Below, in pieces: positions 9,641-18,900 of a stretch of DNA of 31,639 nt. A model generated the notes under the pieces. That model saw only the letters and a program-made list of their open reading frames with translations, ran no database searches and was not told where the DNA came from. Location: contig JADHRO010000001.1 in assembly GCA_016777395.1 (NCBI GenBank), forward strand, positions 1-31,639, given 5' to 3'. The position numbers and the translations under genes are program-made. This stretch comes from Chitinophagales bacterium (GTDB taxonomy: Bacteria; Bacteroidota; Bacteroidia; Chitinophagales; UBA8649). How positions within the stretch are numbered: the first letter of the stretch is position 1; the number at the start of each line of letters is the position of its first letter.

Positions 9641-10327
9641 ATGTCATCAGGATCTACAAATGAATATGAAGTGCACGAATGGGAGAGTCTAAAAGGCCCA
9701 TTTAATGCTAGTTATGGTAAAGTAATGATGTGGTATTTCTTAATATCGGATACATTCGTGTTTGGTGCCTTCTTAGTTGCATATGCTGCGGCTAGAACTT
9801 CTAATGCCGAATCATGGCCAATGGCAAGTGAAGTGTTTAGTACGGTTCCTGGTTTGTCTGGCAATCATTATCCATTAGTATTTGTTTCTTTTATGACTTT
9901 TGTACTTATTATAAGTTCAGTAACTATGGTTAGAGCGGTGCAAGAAGGTTTTATGGGTAATCGAAATGGAGTGATAAAGTACTTAATTCCAACTATAGCA
10001 ATGGGACTTTTATTCCTAGGTTGTCAGTATCTAGAGTGGTCTCATCTAATCCATGAAGGAATGACGATGTGGTATACGCCGTTCAGCGCTTTGGGGCATG
10101 GACATGAAGGACCTCAACAATTTGGAATGTTCTTTTTTACGATTACTGGATTTCACGGTATGCACGTTATCACTGGTGTTTTATTGAATATTTGGTTATT
10201 GGTTGAAACCGCAAAAGGCAGATTTGATAAATTAGGTAACTACAGTATGGTTGAAAAGATAGGTCTTTTCTGGCACTTTGTAGATTTGGTTTGGGTATAT
10301 GTTTTCTTGGGATATTACCTACTGTAA
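9641..10327 (+). CDS. Cytochrome c oxidase subunit III family protein (second paralogue)
   Basis: MMWYFLISD, TGFHGMHV, GLFWHFVDLVWVYVF. Confidence 0.93.
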   Translation: MSSGSTNEYEVHEWESLKGPFNASYGKVMMWYFLISDTFVFGAFLVAYAAARTSNAESWPMASEVFSTVPGLSGNHYPLVFVSFMTFVLIISSVTMVRAVQEGFMGNRNGVIKYLIPTIAMGLLFLGCQYLEWSHLIHEGMTMWYTPFSALGHGHEGPQQFGMFFFTITGFHGMHVITGVLLNIWLLVETAKGRFDKLGNYSMVEKIGLFWHFVDLVWVYVFLGYYLL

Positions 10328-10357
10328 TTATTATTGATAAGCGAAAAATTTAGTACA

Positions 10358-10702
10358 ATGGCACACATGACGCAACAAGAATATGAGCAAAATAAAAAAG
10401 ACGTTTACAAAACGACAGGGATACTATCTGTAGTGACTGTCGTAGAAGTTTTAGGCTCTATAGTATATGAAAACATGGTCGAAGATTTAAGATGGCCGCT
10501 CATGGTATTTGTTACTTTAGCTAGTGTAATTAAGGCCTATTGGATTATGAATGTGTTTATGCACGTTGGACATGAGAAAAAAGGATTTATGTTTACTATC
10601 CTTTTTCCATTTATATTCTTAGTATGGGCTATCATTGCCTTTTCGTTTGATGGAGCTGCCTGGCTTGCAATGCGAAATGCAATCAATGGCATATTTTTTT
10701 AA
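10358..10702 (+). CDS. Cytochrome c oxidase subunit IV family protein
   Basis: Three TM helices, KAYWIMNVFMHVGHEK motif. In-frame ATG at 10358 preferred over the TTG at 10334 in the ORF track. Confidence 0.85.
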   Translation: MAHMTQQEYEQNKKDVYKTTGILSVVTVVEVLGSIVYENMVEDLRWPLMVFVTLASVIKAYWIMNVFMHVGHEKKGFMFTILFPFIFLVWAIIAFSFDGAAWLAMRNAINGIFF

Positions 10703-10705
10703 TCC

Positions 10706-11413
10706 ATGACACAACATACATCTAATAGCAACGGGAAACTAACGACAATATTCATAGTCCTGCTGCCGCTTTTACTTTTTGGATTATTTTATTTGTATAC
10801 CAAGCAAGCAAGAACAGACTTGAAAACAATGAAATATCCCCGTAAAATGTTTGCTATTGGCATTGATACAATTACCGAAGGAGCATTTAAGCGTATAGAT
10901 ACAGTTTATCATGAGATCCCTTCATTTACGCTAACTAATCAATATGGTCAGACGATTTCGAAAGATCAGTTTCGTGATAAGATTTTAATTGTAGATTTTT
11001 TCTTTACAAGTTGTCCTACTATCTGTCCCACTATGAGTGAACAACTGGCAAGGGTCCAAGAGCAATTGATCAGAGATGATCGAGTGGTGATCGTTTCATT
11101 CTCTATTGACCCTGTGCGCGACACGCCAGAGAAATTGAAGGTATATGCAGAAGAATATAGCGCAGTGCCCGGTAAATGGCAATTCTTAACTGGAGATAAG
11201 AAAGAAATTTATAAGCTTGCTTTGGAAGGATATAAGATGTCAGCATTTGATGATGGTGGAGATGATGAACATGATGGTTTTGTTCATACCGACCGTTTTG
11301 CATTAGTTGACCCTAACTGGAATATTAGAGGTTATTATAAAGGTACTTCAGAAAATGAAGTGAACATCATGCTGGGTGATGTGTTATTACTGTTAGAAGA
11401 ATTTAAAAGGTAA
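10706..11413 (+). CDS. SCO1/SenC family copper chaperone for CuA
   Basis: N-terminal TM anchor, DFFFTSCPTICP (CxxxC), SIDPVRDT, WQFLTG, conserved His in FVHTDRFALVD. Confidence 0.94.
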   Translation: MTQHTSNSNGKLTTIFIVLLPLLLFGLFYLYTKQARTDLKTMKYPRKMFAIGIDTITEGAFKRIDTVYHEIPSFTLTNQYGQTISKDQFRDKILIVDFFFTSCPTICPTMSEQLARVQEQLIRDDRVVIVSFSIDPVRDTPEKLKVYAEEYSAVPGKWQFLTGDKKEIYKLALEGYKMSAFDDGGDDEHDGFVHTDRFALVDPNWNIRGYYKGTSENEVNIMLGDVLLLLEEFKR

Positions 11414-11414
11414 A

Positions 11415-11954
11415 ATGGCAATTAGGTTAGAAGAAAAAAGTGCAAAACAAATAATAGTCGCTCTATCAGTGGTTGTGGCTTTATTAGTAGGTGTATTGAA
11501 CTGGGGTATAGATAAACGGATGGTAACAGGACTTGATCTTAGTTTTTTTCCAAAGTTTCACGCCTTACTAAATAGTGTAGTTGCTCTTCTTCTAGTTGTG
11601 GGCTTAGTGTTTATTAAAAAGGGGGAGAAGTCCTTGCATCAAAAGTCAATGTTTTTGTCATTTGTCGTTTCTGCAGTCTTTCTCTTATCGTATGTGCTTT
11701 ACCATACGCTGGCTGAACCAACATCCTATGGAGGAGTTGGTGGATTCAAGTATACTTATTATTTCATTCTAATCACGCATATTATCTTAGCTGCTGTAAT
11801 CATGCCATTCATACTTATGACTTTTTACTATGCATGGAGTGAGAAATGGGTGAAACACAAATCCTTAGCTAAAAAGATTTGGCCATTTTGGTTTTATGTA
11901 GCAGTAACCGGTGTTGTAATTTATTTTATGATCGCACCTTACTACAGTTATTAA
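11415..11954 (+). CDS. DUF420 membrane protein (CtaM/YozB-like oxidase assembly factor)
   Basis: FHALLNS, LHQKSM, FLLSYVLYH, YYFILITHIILA, HKSLAK, WFYVAVTGVVIYFM. Confidence 0.88.
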   Translation: MAIRLEEKSAKQIIVALSVVVALLVGVLNWGIDKRMVTGLDLSFFPKFHALLNSVVALLLVVGLVFIKKGEKSLHQKSMFLSFVVSAVFLLSYVLYHTLAEPTSYGGVGGFKYTYYFILITHIILAAVIMPFILMTFYYAWSEKWVKHKSLAKKIWPFWFYVAVTGVVIYFMIAPYYSY

Positions 11955-11963
11955 TGCATTGAA

Positions 11964-12194
11964 ATGAAAAAAGTATTATTCCTATTAGTTCTTAATCTTG
12001 TGTCACTGAAGCTAGCTATTAGCCAATGTGCTATGTGTAAAGCTAGTGCTGAAACTAGTCTCGAATCAGGAGCGAGTGACGCCGCTGGCATTAATACGGG
12101 CGTATTGTATGTCTTAGCAATCACTTTTGGAATGTTAGGTTTTATGGGCTATCTCCTGTATAAAGGAAACAAGGCTACTCGTTCAGTCGATTAA
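11964..12194 (+). CDS. Small exported/membrane-anchored protein with QCAMC motif, unknown function
   Basis: Signal peptide (MKK, hydrophobic core, AIS|Q), CAMC, C-terminal TM GINTGVLYVLAITFGMLGFMGYLLY; 9 nt after DUF420. Confidence 0.8.
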   Translation: MKKVLFLLVLNLVSLKLAISQCAMCKASAETSLESGASDAAGINTGVLYVLAITFGMLGFMGYLLYKGNKATRSVD

Positions 12195-12265
12195 AACCGA
12201 GGTTGATAAGGCAAACTATTTGATTTCTTATTTTTCTTAATATCCATCATTACGAAAATTTCCAT

Positions 12266-14668
12266 ATGAAAAATATAATCGCATCGCTTCTTTTATTAAG
12301 CACCAGTTTCGTGTCTGCTCAAAATGAATTTAACTGCTATCACTTTGATGAGCAGGGACAAACGCGGGAGCATTTTGTCGATTTTAAATCCATGTTGCTA
12401 GATATAAGTTTTGATACCAAGGCCAGAAAAGTCTTGGGTCAAGTGCATTACGAATTTACAACTATTCGACCTTCAATTGATCAATTGGTTTTGGATGCAC
12501 CAGAAATATGGATAGAAGCGGTATTGTTTGATGGCACGCCCGTTGATTATAAGACTGACGAGCAGCATTTAATCATTGACTTTCCAGTCTCGTTGCCATG
12601 GGAGGAGGATCACCAATTGGATATTTCATATACTTGCCAACCGGAAAAAGGATTATACTTCCTGGGGTGGAAGGATACGACCAATAGAGCAAGGAAACAA
12701 ATTTGGACGCAAGGTCAAGGGATCGACAACCGTTACTGGGTTCCAAGCTTCGATGATGTTAGTGATAAGCTCATTACTGAAACCAGAATTACTTTTGACT
12801 CTAAATTCGAAGTTGTTTCTAATGGAGACTTGATAGGAAAAGAAGATTATGAAAATGGATTGAGCACTTGGCATTATAAAATGAAAGATTCACATGTGCC
12901 TTATTTGCTAATGCTTGCCATCGGGGAGTATGATTTCAAGGAGATGATATCCTCTTCAGGAGTCGTAAATCGTCAGTATTACTATCCCAATAAACCCGAG
13001 GAGTTCAAACATACCTATATGTATTCAGTCGAAATGATGGACTGGATGGAAGAAGAATTCCAAGTGGCCTACCCTTGGGGTAAAGTATACCGAAATATAC
13101 CGGTTGCAGATTTTTTATACGGCGCTATGGAAAACACAACTTCCACAATTTTTACAGATTATTACTTAAAAGATAGTAGAGAGGCATTAGATAGAAATTA
13201 TGTGGGTACGAACGCCCACGAGTTAACGCATCAGTGGTTTGGAGATTTAATTTCTGAATGGAACGGCGCAAGTCATTGGTTGCATGAAAGTTTTGCAACA
13301 CACTATGCTAAACATTTTGAGCGCAGTGTTTTTGGGGAAGATTATTTTCAATGGGAACGAAATATGGAAATGCGACGAGCAATGAGTGCGGATGATAAAA
13401 ATGACTTGCCTATTGCCCACAGCGAGTCCGGATCATCTAGGCATTATCCCAAGGGAAGTTTTGTTATTGATATGCTTCGCGAGGCTGCAGGAGGAGATGA
13501 GGCCTACAAAAAGGTGATAAATGCGTATTTGAAGAAATATGCGTTTAGGCATGTTGATACACATTTGTTTCAACTTGAATTTATGGAGGTTTTAGGACTG
13601 AATTTGGATTGGTTTTTTGACCAATGGGTCCGTAAAGGTGGATATCCAATTTTTGAATGCGATTATGCTGAATCTTTTGGCCAAGTGGAGATAAATATTA
13701 AACAAATTCATGACCAAACCGAAACAATAGGTTTATTCAAGGTTCAAATGCCTATACAAGTCAAGTATAAGGATGGTAGCGATACGACATTCTTAGCAGA
13801 CCTTCAAAATGAAGAACACTCTATTTCTATTTCTAATACTGAAGGAAAGCCTATTCAATACGTTTTGTTCAATGTAAACAACGCACTTTACGCAAAAATT
13901 GTACACGAAAAAACAACTGCCGAACTTCTGGCACAAGCACTAGAAGCAAAGGATATGATCGATCGATATTTAGCTTTGGTCAAATTGGAGGATAGCCCAT
14001 TAAAAGAAAAAAGAAACATACTTTTAGCATGTTTTGAAAATGAAAGCTTTTTTGCTCCTCGGGCCAATATAGTTAAACAATTAGCAAATGATAACAATAG
14101 TAAAAGTCAAGAGCTAATCATGAAATCTCTGCTTGACAATGACGCGCGTGTTCGTAGAGCGGTCGTTTACCACTTAGAAAAAGTATCAAAAAAAATACAG
14201 CCAGTGTACGAAAATTTGTTGCTTGATAGCTCATATGTAAACATTGCAATGACTTTGGAAAAGCTTATTGAGGGGTTCCCTGAGCGTAAAGAGAAGTACT
14301 TGAAAATAACCCAATTAGACGCGCAGAAAAATGACCTGCTAAATATTGCCCATTTAAGCTTCAAAGCACAGGATGACGACCCCTTTGCCTTCAGTGATCT
14401 GATTGATTATGCTGGACCTTCCTTTGAGTTTAGAACAAGGATTAAAGCCATAGAGGCCTTAACTGATCTCGCTTACCAGGGCGATGATTTTATTTTCCCA
14501 CTTATCGATGCAAGTGTAAATTTTAATCGCAGATTAGCTGGAGTAGCTAGCAATGTTTTGATGTCTATAGAAAATCAGGACTTGCTTATTGAAGCATTGG
14601 AAAAGGGAGACTTCGATAAGAATGAACGCAAAAGAATTGACCAGTTAAAAACGAAGCTTGGTATTTAA
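12266..14668 (+). CDS. Exported M1 family zinc aminopeptidase with C-terminal HEAT-like helical region
   Basis: Signal peptide FVSA|Q, GAMEN, HELTH plus WLHESFA (HExxH-x18-E), YPKG Tyr, helical repeats such as LLDNDARVRRAVV. Confidence 0.93.
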   Translation: MKNIIASLLLLSTSFVSAQNEFNCYHFDEQGQTREHFVDFKSMLLDISFDTKARKVLGQVHYEFTTIRPSIDQLVLDAPEIWIEAVLFDGTPVDYKTDEQHLIIDFPVSLPWEEDHQLDISYTCQPEKGLYFLGWKDTTNRARKQIWTQGQGIDNRYWVPSFDDVSDKLITETRITFDSKFEVVSNGDLIGKEDYENGLSTWHYKMKDSHVPYLLMLAIGEYDFKEMISSSGVVNRQYYYPNKPEEFKHTYMYSVEMMDWMEEEFQVAYPWGKVYRNIPVADFLYGAMENTTSTIFTDYYLKDSREALDRNYVGTNAHELTHQWFGDLISEWNGASHWLHESFATHYAKHFERSVFGEDYFQWERNMEMRRAMSADDKNDLPIAHSESGSSRHYPKGSFVIDMLREAAGGDEAYKKVINAYLKKYAFRHVDTHLFQLEFMEVLGLNLDWFFDQWVRKGGYPIFECDYAESFGQVEINIKQIHDQTETIGLFKVQMPIQVKYKDGSDTTFLADLQNEEHSISISNTEGKPIQYVLFNVNNALYAKIVHEKTTAELLAQALEAKDMIDRYLALVKLEDSPLKEKRNILLACFENESFFAPRANIVKQLANDNNSKSQELIMKSLLDNDARVRRAVVYHLEKVSKKIQPVYENLLLDSSYVNIAMTLEKLIEGFPERKEKYLKITQLDAQKNDLLNIAHLSFKAQDDDPFAFSDLIDYAGPSFEFRTRIKAIEALTDLAYQGDDFIFPLIDASVNFNRRLAGVASNVLMSIENQDLLIEALEKGDFDKNERKRIDQLKTKLGI

Positions 14669-15000
14669 ATCCTAATCTCTTCGATAGGTTCCCAAAAGTG
14701 TTTGTCAAAGTTTTGAATTTGCTGATTGCGTATTATTATTCCCTCCTCGCTTAGTAACTTTTCCATTAGTTCAGGTGGTGAAAAATGGTGTCTACCAGTC
14801 AACAATCCTTTACGGTTTACCACGCGATGGGCAGGTACTTGGGGCTCTACAACATGCGAATTATTCATCGCGTACCCGACCATTCTTGCCGCTTTTTTTG
14901 CTCCAACAGCGACTGCAATTGCTCCATAGGTAGTTACCCGCCCTGTAGGTATCAATCGAACTACGGCATATACTTGTTCAAAGAAACTTAAGTCTTTCAT
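14665..15000 (-). CDS. MGMT-family alkyltransferase-like (ATL) protein
   Basis: IPTGRVTTYGAIA, ARMVG, PAHRVVN with Ala at the catalytic Cys position. Confidence 0.9.
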   Translation of the reverse strand: MKDLSFFEQVYAVVRLIPTGRVTTYGAIAVAVGAKKAARMVGYAMNNSHVVEPQVPAHRVVNRKGLLTGRHHFSPPELMEKLLSEEGIIIRNQQIQNFDKHFWEPIEEIRI

Positions 15001-15027
15001 TGCTGTATATTATTACTCGGGCACACG

Positions 15028-15720
15028 CTACTGAAACAAATTAAACTGCACATAATTGATATTCCGCCCATCCTTAATGTGCATCTTCTCGTAGAAGGTT
15101 TGGATTTCGGTTAGCTCAGGATAAGCAGTCCCTTTTCTATAGATATCTCGCTCTACAACAGTATAATCCATTTCCTTGCCATCTAAAACACCCATGGTGT
15201 AATCAAAGAGTAATTCACTATCGGTTTTTACATGAATAATGGCATCCTTAGAGCAAATTTTCTTATACAAGTCTAAAAATTTAGGAGAAGTTAAGCGGTG
15301 CTTTGCATGCCTATCTTTTGGAAATGGATCTGAAAAAACAATCCATATTTCTTGCACCTCTCCAGCCTCAAAAAACGCTTCTAAAAGCTCAATCTTTGTT
15401 CGCAGGTAGGCAGCATTTTCGAGGTTTTCTTCCAAAGCATCTTTAGCCCCTTTATGTATTCGAGCTCCCTTAATATCAATACCAATAAAATTTCGATTGG
15501 CGTGGCGCTTTGCCAAATTGAATGTGTATTCCCCTTTACCACATGCAAGTTCAAGTGTTAACGGATGGTTGTTTTTGAAATGCATCTTCTTCCATTTCCC
15601 TTTCAAGTCAATAGAGTCTCCCTTAAAGTTAACTAAACAGGGTTTTTTAAAATCCAAATTTTGATAAAAATTAGAAAAGGCTTTTAGCTCCGTAAATCGT
15701 TTTAGTTTGTCTTTGCCCAT
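15028..15720 (-). CDS. trmB: tRNA (guanine-N7)-methyltransferase
   Basis: LELACGKGEY, FIGIDIKGARI, FSDPFPKDRHAKHRLT, KTD, TFYEK. Start placed at ATG 15720 (MGKDKLKRF); the track start at 15762 is a GTG abutting a promoter-like box. Confidence 0.94.
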   Translation of the reverse strand: MGKDKLKRFTELKAFSNFYQNLDFKKPCLVNFKGDSIDLKGKWKKMHFKNNHPLTLELACGKGEYTFNLAKRHANRNFIGIDIKGARIHKGAKDALEENLENAAYLRTKIELLEAFFEAGEVQEIWIVFSDPFPKDRHAKHRLTSPKFLDLYKKICSKDAIIHVKTDSELLFDYTMGVLDGKEMDYTVVERDIYRKGTAYPELTEIQTFYEKMHIKDGRNINYVQFNLFQ

Positions 15721-15751
15721 AATGTTGTTCAGTCTATTGGAATATACTTTG

Positions 15752-15759
15752 CAAAAATA
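15752..15759 (-). promoter_or_regulatory. Candidate Bacteroidota sigma-A -7 element for trmB
   Basis: Minus strand TATTTTTG matches TAnnTTTG, 31 nt upstream of ATG 15720; no -33 TTTG at canonical spacing. Confidence 0.45.
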
Positions 15760-15919
15760 CACGGATTCATTTACTTTCCGTTCAGATACACAGGCTAATT
15801 CTCCCTCACAATAGACTTTTTTTGTCTTTTTTTAATCATATGCTTAGAGTATCTTTACAATCTTAAAATGTAAGTCTCAAACTATTTTACAGATTAATGC
15901 GTTAATAGGGGACTAGATT

Positions 15920-18900
15920 ATGACGATTAAAAAAATATTCTTTATTCTACTTGGACTCTTTGCTTTAGTCCCTTTTGCTCAAGCCACTCATTTGGTAGGA
16001 GGAGAGATGACTTATGTGCGTTTAGCAGGCAATACGATTCGGGTAACGTTGACAGTTTATCGAGACAATATCAATGGTCAAGCTTCATTTGATGGGGCTG
16101 CAGCGCCCAATGCTGCGGATTGTACAATAAGCTTTTATGCTGATAATGGAGCATTTTTAGAAGCAATTCAAATTGATTTGGACAATGTTACATTGGTAAA
16201 TATTCAATTGCAACCCTGCCAGGAGGAAATACCAGGAATAGAAACGCAAGAAGGGACTTACGTATTTGATGTTAACTTGAATAGTATAAATGGCTTTAAT
16301 CCTGCCCAGGGCGTTACGCTAGTTTATGGGAGGTGTTGTCGGAATGGTATCATTGACAATTTGAATAATCCTGGTGATCAGGGATTCTCTGCATTGGTCA
16401 GGGTTCCGCCACTAGCTTTTCAAAATAGCTCTCCAATATTTAATAGTTTTGAGCAATATTTATGTGTAAATAGGTTCAACCAAATGGATTTTTCTGCCAC
16501 AGATCCTGATGGTGATTCTCTATATTATTTTCTTTGTGACCCTTATTTGGGTTTAGATGATAATGCACCAGCCGCGGATGCTTTCAATTTAAATGCTGGT
16601 GGCACCTATACAAATTATGGCCCTCCTTATAACACCATTGCATGGGATGCAGCTGCTGGGTATTCTGCAGTAAATCCATTGGGCGGTGTAATGGCTTTGA
16701 ACGGAGCAACCGGAATTTTAGGAGCAACACCGCCTACCACAGGAGTTTTTGTGATGGGGGTATGTGTCTCTGAATACAGAAATGGGGTACTCTTGAGTAC
16801 GGTAAGTAGAGATTTTCAATACCTTGTATCTCAATGTGATTTTCCTGATATATTGATCGCAACGGATCCCAATTTAGCGCAAGATTCTGCTACTGGTTTA
16901 TTTACAATTGATGCGGATTGCAACGAGGGTATTGTAAATTTTAACTTAGCTAATAATGTGGATATTGTGGGCTACTCTTGGGATTTTGGAGATCCAACTA
17001 CAGCTTCAGATACATCAAATCTTCAAAATCCAAGCTACTTTTATTCAGACACAGGTACATTTATTGTCACCGTAATTGGTTTTGCAGCAGATGGTTGCGC
17101 GGATACTTCGCAAGGACTAGTAATCTTCTATCCTATTTTTGACCCGGGATACACTTACGAAGATTCATGTTTAAATCAAGATGTGGTGTTTATAGATACA
17201 TCCTTTTCAACGACGGGCAATTTAAATTCTTGGACATGGAATTTTGGTGATCCTGGCACTACCCAGGATACTTCTACCAATCGATTCCCCAATTACCAAT
17301 ATACGACTGCGGGTACTTTTACTGCTAGTTTAATTGTTACTACAGATAAGGGGTGTATCGATACCGTGTACAATAATATTACTATCCATCCCTTACCCGA
17401 GCCATCATTTAGTCTGTCTAATCCGCAATGTGAGGGCACGCCGGTGACTTTATTAAATACTTCTCAAATTCAAAGTGGTACTATCCAAAATTATGAATGG
17501 GTTCTTGACAGTGCAGTTTTCAATTCAACTGACGTCATAAATAATTTTAATACAGCGGGTGTTTATCCGGTGCAACTTATTCAAATATCTGACTTAGGGT
17601 GCACAGATACCTTACTTCAAAATATTACAATTAATGCACTTCCTACAGCGAATGTTGTGGGCAATTCTCCAATTTGTCCGAATACCAATACACCTATTCT
17701 AGCTTCAGGCGGTGAGGATTATCAATGGACGGCAAACCCCTTACTAAGTGCGGAGGACATTGCTAACCCAATTGTAAGCATGCTAGATAACCCAGCAACA
17801 TTTTACGTTCAAGTGACAGATAGTAACCAATGCATAAGCAATGATTCCTTATTTATAGATTTGTTTGCCTTACCTCCTGCTGAAGCGGGGCCAGATACAT
17901 CTGTTTGTTTGAATGCAACGAATGTTATATCATTTAATACATCCGTTCAGTTGCAGGCCAGTGGAGGCCTGAGTTATGTTTGGACACCCAGTATCGATTT
18001 AACAACAGACACTGCAGCAATTACGATTGCATCACCAGATTCCACTATCACCTATACAGTTACCGTTACAGATACAAACTCTTGTGTCAATTCAGATTCG
18101 GTCAATGTTGTGGTGCTCAATCCAGCATTAGAGCTTGTCTCAGTTGAAGTAGATTCCTTGTGTTTTGGTGACACGGTCTTCGTAGATGTTTTGGATGTTG
18201 GAAATGTTACCTCTTACACTTGGTCACCGAACCAATTTATAACGGATAATTCAATCAGAGAACCGGGATTTTTCCCACCTTTAACTCAAGAATATTTTTT
18301 AGAAACGATCAACTATTGCTATCTAGATCGTGATACGGTGACTATTGAGGTCGTTTCTCCACCAGCTATTGATGCAGGACCTCTCGATTCAATATGTATA
18401 GGAGATCCTCCTTATCAGTTGAATGCCCAGCCCAATACCTATGATTTTTATCAATGGACAACAGTCGATGCAAGTATAAGTGATAATTCTATACCAAATC
18501 CAACAGTACAACCAGCGGTAAATGCTTGGTATTACATTTTTGCAGTAGACACCGTAGGTTCCTTGTCTTGTGAGAGTGAAGACTCTGTCCAAATTCTTGT
18601 TTATAATGTGCCGGATTTAGACTTAGATTATCCTGCTAACTATCCTGGCTATCTTTGCCAAGGAGATTTACTGGACTTAACCGCTACTTCATTCGATGGC
18701 ACTCAATACTCTTGGAGCTCTAACCCGGTTTCATTAATTACAAATCCTAATAGCGCAGTGGCTACTATATCTCCTACAGATACGTCCACCTTTTTTAATA
18801 CAGTGACTAATGTTCACGGTTGCTCTACTTCAGATTCAATAGTTGTGGATGTTCAATTGCCGGTAGTAGCTTCGATTCAGGGAGATACCATCATGTGTGT

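Noticed and set aside
12027-12041. CAMCK as a haem c attachment site
   Set aside because: It lacks the His of CxxCH.
12206-12238. Hairpin ATAAG-G-CAAA-cta-TTTG-ATTT-CTTAT plus T-run as the cox terminator
   Set aside because: Interrupted, almost all A-U stem; too weak to call.
15721-15762. Longer TrmB N-terminus (MYFCKVYS...)
   Set aside because: The GTG start abuts a TAnnTTTG box that lies inside the extension; MGKDKL at 15720 fits the family start.
15821-15857. TTTG...TATCTTTA as promoter of the T9SS gene
   Set aside because: One mismatch in the -7 box and a 25-nt spacer, longer than canonical.
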